A stretch of 64,000 bases of DNA from Parcubacteria group bacterium Gr01-1014_8. Lineage in GTDB: Bacteria; Patescibacteriota; Minisyncoccia; Phycocordibacterales; UBA2100. The notes under the pieces are model-generated. The model was given only the letters and a program-made list of their open reading frames with translations. It was not told the DNA's origin and did no database searches. Below, piece after piece: positions 1 through 10,561 of the stretch. How positions within the stretch are numbered: position 1 is the first letter of the stretch; each line of letters opens with the position of its first letter. The DNA lies in NCBI GenBank assembly GCA_007376385.1, contig VMGC01000004.1:32001-96000 (forward strand), written 5' to 3'. Made by a program: the position numbers and the translations under genes.

Positions 1-99
1 ATTTTTTGGAGGGGAATGCAAATGCAAAATCCACTAAGGAGTGCATTGCCCCGCCCGCCCTTGCGCGCACAGGATTATTCTTCGCTTTGCGAAGCTCCC

Positions 100-810
100 T
101 TAAACTCCCAAATCCTTTTTCTTTTCTTCAAATTCGCTCTTATCAATTTCGCCTTTGGCGTATCGCTCCTTCAATATATCGAATGCTGATTTTCCTTGCA
201 CATCATTACCGTGACTGTGCCCTCCCATATGACCTGCTCCAAAATTCCCCCTTATCATGGAGACAATCATCCAGATTACGAAACCCCAAAAGAGAACCAT
301 AAAGATCCAGCCAAACCCACCAAAAGGCATTAATCCAAAATTCATCATAGAATTATTTGATTGATTAGTATTAAGAGGAGACGACCATCCTCCCCACATC
401 ATGTTCATCATCGGCATCCAGCCGCCGCTGATTGCGGGGAACGCCGCCGAGGTGTCGCAACCGGAAAGCCGTTTACCCATGACAATATGGATCTGCTCCT
501 CACCATCCGCGCCGTGCGCTTGAATCATCATGGCGTTCATGGCGGCGTGAGAATCACCAGCCATTTGACCCATAAAGTATTCACCAAGCACTCCATACTG
601 CTCATTGTTTAGATCAGCACAGGCGACCTCTTTTGCTTGCAGCTTACTCCGTAGCTCTTTTCCTTCCTGCTCTTCACGGGCAGTGTGCTCGACGACGGCG
701 TTCCAATCCGCAGCAGAATTGGAAAACCCACCCATCATTTGAGCATGTGCACTTTGAGCAAACGAACCGACGACAACTATAGAAAGAAAAGTTAAAATGA
801 GTTTTTTCAT
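100..810 (-). CDS. Secreted/membrane Met- and Gly-rich protein with C-terminal SHOCT domain
   Basis: N-terminal signal-like hydrophobic segment (MKKLILTFLSIVVVGSFAQSAHA). Met-rich stretches (MMNMMWGGW, HAAMNAMM). One hydrophobic TM segment. C-terminus AFDILKERYAKGEIDKSEFEEKKKDL matches the SHOCT consensus. Confidence 0.5.
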   Translation of the reverse strand: MKKLILTFLSIVVVGSFAQSAHAQMMGGFSNSAADWNAVVEHTAREEQEGKELRSKLQAKEVACADLNNEQYGVLGEYFMGQMAGDSHAAMNAMMIQAHGADGEEQIHIVMGKRLSGCDTSAAFPAISGGWMPMMNMMWGGWSSPLNTNQSNNSMMNFGLMPFGGFGWIFMVLFWGFVIWMIVSMIRGNFGAGHMGGHSHGNDVQGKSAFDILKERYAKGEIDKSEFEEKKKDLGV

Positions 811-822
811 AGTTTTTTTAAT

Positions 823-1170
823 TTAACCAAATACTAACACCTTGTCCGAACTCTCGACCATATTGAGTAAGTCGGACATGGTGGAAATAGGACACATGGC
901 GGTCTCTTTTTTGCCGCGAATTTCCAAGCAAGTACCGCATGCAAAGATTGTTCCTTTCAGTTCTTTATATTCTGCAATTCTCTTTGAAATATCAAAATGT
1001 TCGCCATCAGGAATAGAATCCAATTCCGAACCCTCATTCATCAAGAAAATCTCAACGTGGTGATTAGCTTTGAGTGCGGCGATACCGAGGCGGAACGTGT
1101 TCCATACGTGTTCGGGTTTATTGGATTGTAGGATGATGCCGAGCTTCATAGAGAGTATCTTCGTATCCAT
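823..1170 (-). CDS. DsrE/DsrF-like family small protein
   Basis: 115 aa; length and pattern (lone Cys in GTIFACGTC, alpha/beta layout) resemble the DsrE/YchN fold. Weak assignment. Confidence 0.45.
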   Translation of the reverse strand: MDTKILSMKLGIILQSNKPEHVWNTFRLGIAALKANHHVEIFLMNEGSELDSIPDGEHFDISKRIAEYKELKGTIFACGTCLEIRGKKETAMCPISTMSDLLNMVESSDKVLVFG

Positions 1171-1186
1171 TGATATAATACTTCAT

Positions 1187-2740
1187 ATGCGCTATTTCCT
1201 CTACGCCCGCAAAAGTACGGATGTCGAAGACAAACAGGTGATGTCCATCGAAGGACAGCTCGTTGAACTGCGGGCATTGGCTAAACGTGATGGATTAGAA
1301 ATTGCAGAAGAATTCATTGAAAAGCGAAGCGCGAAGATTCCAGGCCGCCCTGTATTTGAGGACATGTTAAAGCGGATCGAGAAAGACGAAGCGCACGGAA
1401 TTATCTGCTGGAAAATTGATCGTCTTTCACGCAATCCGGTTGATAGCGGGAGAATTAGTTGGCTACTTCAACAGAACATAATCCAGAAGATCGTAACGCA
1501 TGACAAGATATATCTTCCTCACGACAACGTACTCCTCATGTCTGTGGAATTCGGCATGGCGAATCAGTACATCCGAGACTTGAGTGTCAACGTGAAGCGC
1601 GGCCTCCGGCAAAAGGCACGACAAGGCGTATATCCAAGTACCGCGCCCTTGGGCTACCGCAACGACCCGTACACCAAGACCATCGTCGTGGATCGGCGCA
1701 AAGCGCCGCTCGTGCGTAAGGCATTTGAACTCTACGCAAAGAACGGCTCGCGGCTCGAAGACATTGCGCAGTTTCTTTTCGAGCACGGCATCAAGACGGG
1801 AGCGACGCGCGGATGGAGCAAGGGCGGCGGCAGGCCGCTCAAAAAAGACCAGATAACATTCCTGCTCTCTAATCCGTTTTACTTCGGCCACTTCGCCTAC
1901 AGCGGCGAGATGTACGAGGGCACGCATACGCCCATCGTGAGCAAGGAGCTTTTTGACGCGGTGCAAAAAGTCCTCGCGCTTCGCAGTCGTGCGCACCACA
2001 AAGTGGCGAACGAGCCGCAAGCGTATTGCGGCCTTTTGCATTGTGGCGAGTGCGGCTTTTCCATCACCGCCGAGGAGAAATCGAAGCGACAGAAGAACGG
2101 CAACGTACATCGCTACATTTACTATCGCTGTACGAAAAAGAAAGCCGCCGTTCATTGCTCACAGCCGTATGTGCGGGAAGAAGCGCTCGACTCGCAACTC
2201 TCCGGCTTGCTCGCAAAGTTTGTCATGCCCGCGCATTGGGCGAAGGAATTAGACGCAATGGCCGAGCGAGATGCGGCAAGCGCCTCTCAAACCACGGCGG
2301 CGTCCGTCCAAGCGATGCGGGCAAAGATTGCCGAGTTAGACGGCAAAATCGCCCGCATCACCGACCTCTTTGTCGAACAGGATATCGAGCGCGGCGACTA
2401 TCTCGAAAGGAAGCGCGCACTTATGTCCGAAAAGAAGTCGGTGCAGGAGCGAATCCTCCTGCTTGAACGGGACGCCGCCGTGTGGCTCGAACCGATGCAG
2501 AAGTGGATACAAGAGGCGCAAATGCTTGAAGAAATTGCGAAATCCAAAGACTACCCCTCCAAAAAATCCTCCCTCCAAAAAATCTTCGGCTCGAACCTCA
2601 CTCTCCACGCGCGCGAAGCGCGCGGCGTGCCGCAAAATCAGTGGTTTTCTTTGCTCACTGCCAAAGAAAACCACTCCGAAAATAACCTCGTTCCGATACT
2701 TGTGACCTCACGGGGAATCGAACCCCGGTTCCATCCTTGA
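1187..2740 (+). CDS. Large serine recombinase (resolvase/invertase N-terminal domain plus recombinase and zinc-ribbon domains)
   Basis: N-terminal YARKSTDVEDKQ..SIEGQ catalytic-serine motif. Central recombinase domain followed by a Cys cluster (CGLLHCGECG...CTKK..HC) and a C-terminal coiled coil. The start is taken at the internal ATG 1187; the ORF track begins at a TTG at 1070 that overlaps the upstream gene. The 3' end overlaps the tRNA-Glu gene. Confidence 0.8.
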   Translation: MRYFLYARKSTDVEDKQVMSIEGQLVELRALAKRDGLEIAEEFIEKRSAKIPGRPVFEDMLKRIEKDEAHGIICWKIDRLSRNPVDSGRISWLLQQNIIQKIVTHDKIYLPHDNVLLMSVEFGMANQYIRDLSVNVKRGLRQKARQGVYPSTAPLGYRNDPYTKTIVVDRRKAPLVRKAFELYAKNGSRLEDIAQFLFEHGIKTGATRGWSKGGGRPLKKDQITFLLSNPFYFGHFAYSGEMYEGTHTPIVSKELFDAVQKVLALRSRAHHKVANEPQAYCGLLHCGECGFSITAEEKSKRQKNGNVHRYIYYRCTKKKAAVHCSQPYVREEALDSQLSGLLAKFVMPAHWAKELDAMAERDAASASQTTAASVQAMRAKIAELDGKIARITDLFVEQDIERGDYLERKRALMSEKKSVQERILLLERDAAVWLEPMQKWIQEAQMLEEIAKSKDYPSKKSSLQKIFGSNLTLHAREARGVPQNQWFSLLTAKENHSENNLVPILVTSRGIEPRFHP

Positions 2741-2776
2741 GAAGGATGTGTCCTAGCCGCTAGACGATGAGGCCGT
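2705..2776 (-). tRNA. tRNA-Glu (anticodon CUC)
   Basis: The reverse complement folds as a 72-nt cloverleaf: acceptor GGCCTCA/TGAGGTC, D-arm GTCT-AGCGGCTA-GGAC, anticodon stem CATCC/GGATG with loop TTCTCAA (CTC), T-arm CGGGG-TTCGATT-CCCCG, discriminator A. CCA is not encoded. Confidence 0.8.
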
Positions 2777-2798
2777 CACGGCGAGTATAGAATATACT

Positions 2799-2823
2799 TG
2801 GTTCGATTCCAAGGGACTTACAG
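2799..2823 (+). other. Orphan tRNA 3'-half fragment (T-arm plus acceptor 3' strand) on the opposite strand
   Basis: CTTGG-TTCGATT-CCAAG followed by GGACTTAC. There is no room for a 5' half, because only about 22 nt separate it from the tRNA-Glu gene. Confidence 0.4.
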
Positions 2824-2929
2824 CTTCAAACATCATACGGGGAATCGGTCACGCATAATTTTCGAGTGAAAATTTGCGCGACCCCACCTCACTCGCCCTC
2901 GCTCGTTCCGGTCTTGCGGCGCTACGCTC

Positions 2930-3012
2930 ACTCGCGCCTCACCCCGCTCCATCCTTGAGATACTGGTATAAAGATGTGAATCAGTTTGTCCTAGCCGATA
3001 GCCTGCCCGGCC
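2930..3012 (-). pseudogene. Degenerate tRNA-Glu-like copy (pseudo-tRNA)
   Basis: It shares the anticodon arm and flanks with the tRNA-Glu at 2705-2776 (TCTCAAGGATGGA; CTAGGACA). It lacks the T-loop (CGGGG-TGAGG collapsed) and carries a 12-nt insertion in the anticodon region. Confidence 0.35.
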
Positions 3013-3101
3013 AGGGACGATAGGGCGTTCGAATGTCAAAAATAGCGATTTCGGCAACGACAAGCATGAGATGTTTCTCATTAACGTGCTACAGTTTTTG
3101 T

Positions 3102-3773
3102 ATGACGGATGACCGTAGCGGCTCCAGGCTCGACCAGATGACGAGAGCGCAACAGATAACTGCACTTTTTCCGAAGCTTACAGCGCTGGATGGGCAGTAC
3201 ACTGCGCTCTGGGATGAGATGCAGGGACTTTTTCTCGAGAAAAAGATAGGCGGCGCGTTTGCTCCCATTATCGAGCATCGCAGGCGGCAGTTGAAGACTC
3301 CTCGAAAAATGATACGGGAAAATATTCTTGGCGCTCGCACGACTCTCTTAAGCGGCGGCACGGCACCGCTTGCCCCGCTCTATCTTTCGGACCTGCAGCA
3401 CCGATTTGCAGGGATTGAAAGTATGATCCAGCGCGCACGTACGATCGCGCGGGACCTAACAGAACTTCTTGGTCTCGTGCGAAGTCAGGGTGACATCGGG
3501 CAGCTTATGCGGCATGCGGAGGCTTTTTGGACGGAGCATCAGCGCGCACAAGAGCATTTACTCGAAGACATACCGCATCGTGACACTATTTCGAGTGTTG
3601 TTGTTCTTGAACAGCGATTGAGGCACGCCACAAGAGAAATCCCGCTTGTTCGCTCATTTGCAGGAAGCGGGGCGCCGCGTGCCGAGATAGAAGCTGAAGT
3701 TACCAAGCTCACTAAAGCGATAGACTACACCGGCCGCCGGATACAGCGAGTAAAAAAAGAATTGGGATACTGA
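3102..3773 (+). CDS. Hypothetical protein (all-helical, no recognisable motif)
   Basis: Long ORF with coding-like composition. Start chosen at the internal ATG (MTDDRSG) downstream of the tRNA debris. Confidence 0.5.
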   Translation: MTDDRSGSRLDQMTRAQQITALFPKLTALDGQYTALWDEMQGLFLEKKIGGAFAPIIEHRRRQLKTPRKMIRENILGARTTLLSGGTAPLAPLYLSDLQHRFAGIESMIQRARTIARDLTELLGLVRSQGDIGQLMRHAEAFWTEHQRAQEHLLEDIPHRDTISSVVVLEQRLRHATREIPLVRSFAGSGAPRAEIEAEVTKLTKAIDYTGRRIQRVKKELGY

Positions 3774-3820
3774 CGTGTTTAAAAGTCGAGAATATAAGCG
3801 CCTCTCGCTCGGGCGGCCCG

Positions 3821-4993
3821 TCATTCTTCGGATTGTTTTCCCAATCGTTTTCCTGTCCTTTCGCGATTAACTGTTCTGCTATGGATCTTTTCATACGCGA
3901 GCCAAGCTTCCTCCAGGTCGTGCGAAGTAGCTGCAAGTTTAAAAGAGATGGGACGTCCCTGCTCGTCGGTCATTTCATTGAATGCCCGTATGACTTCCGT
4001 ATAGCCGCTAACATCTTTGCGATCACGCGGGTTCTCGTGCCAATGAGCTGCAAATATATCCGAATAGAATCGATTCTGCAGGTCGTGTATCTCATGCCAA
4101 TTGCTTTCCGGTTTATACGTAAAGCCGACATCAAGCATGGAAGCGGTGTAGTCTATTGGACTTTTTGATCCCTTGAGCAGAGAAATATCGGTTGCGCCCT
4201 GTGTTGACAGGCCTTTTGCGGAATCAAACCCAAGATCATGCCCCATTTGAAGAGCCAAAAAAAGCAGTAGCCGCTGGGGCGATACTTTGTACTTGTCTAA
4301 AAAATCATCGCGGATAGTTTTCAGCTCCTTCAGCCGCTCTTCTTTGCCATGACTCTTGTGACCGCTGCCGGTGCGGACTATCCGGAAGACGCGCTCGCCG
4401 GATGGTGTGATTTCCATATCAACGCCAACGCGCCACATCTCTCCGTGGGTGCTCTGGCTGACATTTCGCGGGTCATATCCGATGGCAAGATCGATGGAAA
4501 ATGTTCCTGACCCGCTTTGACCTTTTACAGAAAAATAGTACCCAGGCAGCGAAAGCTGGTTCTTTAATATGCGTCCACGCCATGATGGCTCATCACTCGT
4601 TGCGAACATGTCTTTTCCAAAAAGACCGGACCAAAAATTATAGTTCGCCTTCATGTTCGAGAACATCCTTTCAACAGGTGTGTCCTGGTCAGCCAGATAA
4701 ACCAAATTCCCCCGTCCGAAAAAATTATCCGGCAATTTGTCTTTTAGCCACGCGGCAAACGTCAATGCCTCCTCGAGGTCAGCACGTTTATTAGCCCAAC
4801 CGGCTCTGTTCATGAATAGGTTCAGACCATTCGCAGTAGCAGAATCAATATTTTGTCGTTCGCAGAATGTGCGAATGACGCGCCATCTTTCCTGCGGCGA
4901 TACATCCTGATCCCGCGACTGGAGCTCCGTACTCACGAACGTCCGTACTTGGAGAAGGGTAGCCTCCAATTGCCGTTGTTCCTCAAAAACCAT
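3821..4993 (-). CDS. Hypothetical protein (390 aa), contains a degenerate P-loop-like GQSGSGT segment
   Basis: Long ORF convergent with 3102-3773. No confident family assignment from sequence alone. Confidence 0.55.
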   Translation of the reverse strand: MVFEEQRQLEATLLQVRTFVSTELQSRDQDVSPQERWRVIRTFCERQNIDSATANGLNLFMNRAGWANKRADLEEALTFAAWLKDKLPDNFFGRGNLVYLADQDTPVERMFSNMKANYNFWSGLFGKDMFATSDEPSWRGRILKNQLSLPGYYFSVKGQSGSGTFSIDLAIGYDPRNVSQSTHGEMWRVGVDMEITPSGERVFRIVRTGSGHKSHGKEERLKELKTIRDDFLDKYKVSPQRLLLFLALQMGHDLGFDSAKGLSTQGATDISLLKGSKSPIDYTASMLDVGFTYKPESNWHEIHDLQNRFYSDIFAAHWHENPRDRKDVSGYTEVIRAFNEMTDEQGRPISFKLAATSHDLEEAWLAYEKIHSRTVNRERTGKRLGKQSEE

Positions 4994-5043
4994 ATGAAAA
5001 GTCTAGCAGGAAAAGAAGGCGCGAACCATGATACTCTGAGCGA

Positions 5044-7262
<2,219 letters not shown>

Positions 7263-7279
7263 TTCTCATATTTACTTAC

Positions 7280-8170
7280 ATGCGTCCGGCTTTTGTCGTT
7301 GAGTTTGCAACTCCAAAAAAATATCAGCTGAGAGGGTTGTGGTTTGGTCCAAGAAAACCGAAGTGTGCCATCGTGTGGATACATGGTCTCGGTGGTTCAG
7401 CGTTCAGTATGGGCTCGGTTGTTGAGAAATTAGTTAACAAAGACACGGCAGTTCTCACTTTTAATAACCGCGGATTTGAACGGGTTGCTGAAATAAAAAG
7501 AAAAATCGGCAAGAAAACAACATGGACGCGAGCGGGAGCCGCGCACGAGGTTTTTACGGATTGCCTCGATGATGTGCAAGGGGCCGTGAATGTTGCACGA
7601 AAGAGCGGCGCAAAAAATATCTATGTAGGCGGGCAATCTACAGGCTGCCAAAAATCAATCTATTGGGCGAGTACGGCAAAAGGCGGACAACGAATAAAGG
7701 GAATAATTCTCCTTGCACCAGTATCTGACTATGCCGGTGCGGCAAAGCGGCACGGAAAGAAAAAAATAGAGCGCGGTATCGCGTATGCTCGCCGGTTGAT
7801 CAAACAAGGCCGGAATCACGATTTGCTGCCACCATCTGTATGGTCTGAAGAATTGGATGATGCGCAGCGATTTTTGTCTCTCTATACGCCTGATAGCGTC
7901 GAAGAGATTTTTAGTTATGCGCTTCCCATGAAAGCCCCAAAAGTTCTGAAGTCCGTGAAAGTCCCAATTCTGACGCTGTGGGCGGGAAAAGATGAATATA
8001 CAGACAGGCCAGCGAAAAAAATTGAAGAATGGTTCAAAAAACATGTGAACGGCAACATTCTTACGTTTGCGACCATACAGGGCGCAACGCATGGATTCCG
8101 GAACAAAGAGAAGATAGTTGCACGAATGGTGCAACGATGGATGGCGCACAAGAGCGGGGCCAATTATTAA
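7280..8170 (+). CDS. Alpha/beta-hydrolase fold protein
   Basis: HGLGGS oxyanion-type motif and a GQSTG nucleophile elbow (GxSxG). Start taken at the ATG at 7280 after the ahcY stop. Confidence 0.65.
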   Translation: MRPAFVVEFATPKKYQLRGLWFGPRKPKCAIVWIHGLGGSAFSMGSVVEKLVNKDTAVLTFNNRGFERVAEIKRKIGKKTTWTRAGAAHEVFTDCLDDVQGAVNVARKSGAKNIYVGGQSTGCQKSIYWASTAKGGQRIKGIILLAPVSDYAGAAKRHGKKKIERGIAYARRLIKQGRNHDLLPPSVWSEELDDAQRFLSLYTPDSVEEIFSYALPMKAPKVLKSVKVPILTLWAGKDEYTDRPAKKIEEWFKKHVNGNILTFATIQGATHGFRNKEKIVARMVQRWMAHKSGANY

Positions 8171-8175
8171 TTGCT

Positions 8176-8544
8176 ATGAGTGAAATAGGTGAAAAGAACG
8201 GTGATAAGAACAATGATAAGAACGTTGACAAAGGGCCTGAAGATATCAAGGAAAGTTCACTCGTCGAGATTTTTATAGATGGCAAGGATGAAACTGGCGG
8301 AAAGCAGCCTTCCTTTGTGTACGGAATTGTGACAAACACGGCGGATAAAACACTAGAGGGTCGGCCTATCAGGGTCTGGGTTGCAGGACACAAAAGCAAA
8401 GATTACGCGTGCGCTCCATCAAGTATCAGACCGTGCCTGCCCGCGCGAAGGCGCATTGTTATCGATATGCTCCGACTGCGGCTTTCTGCAGAACCTAATG
8501 AATATGTACAGCAACTCTTAGATAGAGCTGAGGCACGAATGTGA
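8176..8544 (+). CDS. Hypothetical small acidic protein
   Basis: ORF starting at MSEIGEKNGDK immediately after the hydrolase stop. Low-complexity Lys/Asp-rich N-terminus. Confidence 0.35.
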   Translation: MSEIGEKNGDKNNDKNVDKGPEDIKESSLVEIFIDGKDETGGKQPSFVYGIVTNTADKTLEGRPIRVWVAGHKSKDYACAPSSIRPCLPARRRIVIDMLRLRLSAEPNEYVQQLLDRAEARM

Positions 8545-8560
8545 GTCTCTACAAGGCATG

Positions 8561-8696
8561 AAAGGTTTCAAACCCCTGGGCTAGCCCAGGACCCTCGCGA
8601 AAGAGCAGCGCTCTTTCGCGAACTTCCGCGGCCTGTCTGCGTGCATCGCACAGGCAGACAAGCCGCAGGGTTTTAAACCTTTGCTGTCTGCGTCGC
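8561..8696. repeat. Nested palindromic structured element (possible ncRNA or regulatory/terminator module)
   Basis: Outer imperfect inverted repeat AAAGGTTTCAAACCCCTG (8561-8578) ... CAGGGTTTTAAACCTTT (8666-8682). Inner perfect palindromes CCTGGGCTAGCCCAGG (8575-8590) and CGCGAAAGAG-cagc-CTCTTTCGCG (8596-8620). A further hairpin CTGTCTGCGTG...CACAGGCAGACAAG (8633-8662), plus a repeated CTGTCTGCGT at 8684-8693. Confidence 0.4.
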
Positions 8697-8755
8697 TCGG
8701 AAATGAGAAATCTACGCTTTTTCATTTCGCTCGCTATCCTCGACAGATAAATATG

Positions 8756-8764
8756 TGCTAGAAT
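8756..8764 (+). promoter_or_regulatory. Candidate extended -10 promoter element (TGcTAGAAT) upstream of atpB
   Basis: TGNTAnAAT-like extended -10, 11 nt upstream of the atpB ATG. No good -35 box. Confidence 0.25.
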
Positions 8765-8774
8765 CGCGTTTAAT

Positions 8775-9602
8775 ATGGCCATGGAATCGGCAGTGGAGCG
8801 TGCTGGCGAAGCGGCGGGCGCAGCTCACCTGCCTGCCGAAGCCTCGGCGCAGGCAGGCGAAACAGGTATTCACGTCGCTCTTGCCGCTGAACGGCTTGGC
8901 CACTTTCTCGGCATTCCGATAACGAATACGCTTGTTACAAGCCTTGCTGCGATGGGTATTCTCGTCATTCTATCATTTGTGATGCGAGGCCGTTTAAAAC
9001 TCATTCCTGGTAAATTCCAGACATTGCTCGAATACGCGTTCGAATTTGTGTACGACTACGTCGCCGAAACTCTTGAGAGCACCGAAATGGCGAGAAAATT
9101 CTTCCCGCTCCTTATGACAATATTCCTTTTCGTATTTACCGCAAATATTCTTGAATTTATCCCGGGCGTCGGCAGTCTCACGTTTGACCATCACCCGCTT
9201 TTCCGTGGCGCGAATACTGACCTCACAACCCCGCTTGTGCTCGCGTTGGTGTCTTTTTTCGTCATCGAGATAACCGGAATCTTGACGATTGGCATCTGGA
9301 AATACGGAAGTAAGTTCCTTCAGAATCCGCTTACAAATCCAGTCGGATTTGCGGTCGGGCTCATTGAGCTCATCGGCGAACTGGTGAGAGTCGTCTCGCT
9401 ATCGTTCCGGCTTTTCGGCAACATATTTGCCGGTGCGGTTGTTATCAGTGTCGCGACTTATTTCGCGCCGTATGGAGTTCCGGTATTGTTGATGCTGTTC
9501 GAGATATTCATCGGCTTTTTGCAGGCAGCCGTATTTGCGCTTCTCACGCTCTTTTTCATCAAACTCGCTATCGAGGAACCGCACCGCGAAGAAGCGCACT
9601 AA
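8775..9602 (+). CDS. atpB: F0F1 ATP synthase subunit a
   Basis: Multi-TM protein with the conserved SLSFRLFGNIFAG motif carrying the essential Arg. Confidence 0.9.
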   Translation: MAMESAVERAGEAAGAAHLPAEASAQAGETGIHVALAAERLGHFLGIPITNTLVTSLAAMGILVILSFVMRGRLKLIPGKFQTLLEYAFEFVYDYVAETLESTEMARKFFPLLMTIFLFVFTANILEFIPGVGSLTFDHHPLFRGANTDLTTPLVLALVSFFVIEITGILTIGIWKYGSKFLQNPLTNPVGFAVGLIELIGELVRVVSLSFRLFGNIFAGAVVISVATYFAPYGVPVLLMLFEIFIGFLQAAVFALLTLFFIKLAIEEPHREEAH

Positions 9603-9608
9603 GCCGAG

Positions 9609-10112
9609 CTACGGCTTGATAGGAATTTCTTGAAATATGTGTTCTGTACCGCTTGGCGCGAATGCGTAGTCTGCGAAGCGTATCCACGTGGGTCGTATCC
9701 AGATAACAGCAGTCTTTTCAGGGTTCAGTTTGGACACGGGCGCAAAGAAATATGGATTGGCGTTGTATACATCCAAGATCTTGCTCCGTGTGCTTTGCAT
9801 GTCAGCGTCAAGAGAGACGTCTTTTGCCATGCCCTCTATTTGTATTGTTTGCGGTACATCTTCTCGCATGACGGTGAAAGCGACCTGCGGGTGCGCCGAT
9901 AGCGATGCATACTTTCGGCTCGAGGGGAGTGTTAGGAAATACACGTTGAATTCATCGTCGGCATAGTAATGAATGGCACTTGCATGCGGAATGTTGTCGT
10001 GTCCTGCGGTAGCAAGCACGCCCGTTTTGTTACGCTTTAGGAATGCAAGGGCATCGGCTCGTGCCGCCTGGTCGCTCATGGTGCCTATACTACCATTTAA
10101 TACTCTATTCAA
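9609..10112 (-). CDS. Pyridoxamine 5'-phosphate oxidase-like FMN-binding split-barrel protein (general stress protein 26-like)
   Basis: 167 aa with a PNPOx-like split-barrel pattern (GVLATAG..., ..VYFLT...). Encoded antisense between atpB and atpE. Confidence 0.65.
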   Translation of the reverse strand: MNRVLNGSIGTMSDQAARADALAFLKRNKTGVLATAGHDNIPHASAIHYYADDEFNVYFLTLPSSRKYASLSAHPQVAFTVMREDVPQTIQIEGMAKDVSLDADMQSTRSKILDVYNANPYFFAPVSKLNPEKTAVIWIRPTWIRFADYAFAPSGTEHIFQEIPIKP

Positions 10113-10117
10113 AGGGA

Positions 10118-10145
10118 TTGAGACGTTGAAATACTGTGCTATTAT
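10118..10145 (+). promoter_or_regulatory. Candidate sigma70-like promoter (TTGAGA - 16 nt - TATTAT) for the atpE-atpC genes
   Basis: -35 TTGAGA at 10118-10123 and -10 TATTAT at 10140-10145. A GC hairpin CCGCGGC-tt-GCCGCGG lies at about 10236-10251 in the leader. Confidence 0.25.
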
Positions 10146-10282
10146 GCCGGCATTCGCATTTTATTGGCGGCGTAGAGCGAGGAAGGGAAAAGCATTCATT
10201 TTCATTTCCGAGCCGATGAGCCAAGATAGGATCGAATACCCCGCGGCTTGCCGCGGCATGAGTATCCTTTATTAATTACTAG

Positions 10283-10525
<243 letters not shown>

Positions 10526-10561
10526 ATCGGCGCACCATAGCGCCGAACGCTTTTTTGGCTC

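Noticed and set aside
1463-2155. 230-aa minus-strand ORF (and several 60-150 aa ORFs) inside the serine recombinase gene
   Set aside because: Antisense shadow ORFs in GC-rich coding sequence. Arg/Ala/Leu-rich low-complexity translations with no motifs, and the + strand frame carries the recombinase motifs.
2930-3012. Possibility that the second tRNA-Glu-like sequence is a functional intron-containing tRNA
   Set aside because: The T-loop (TTCGATTCCCCG) is deleted so no T-arm can form, and the acceptor stem is not complementary. It is better interpreted as a decayed duplicate.
8549-8782. 77-aa minus-strand ORF spanning the palindromic element upstream of atpB
   Set aside because: Coincides entirely with nested inverted repeats (palindromes encode open frames on both strands by symmetry). 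No RBS, and it overlaps the atpB start.
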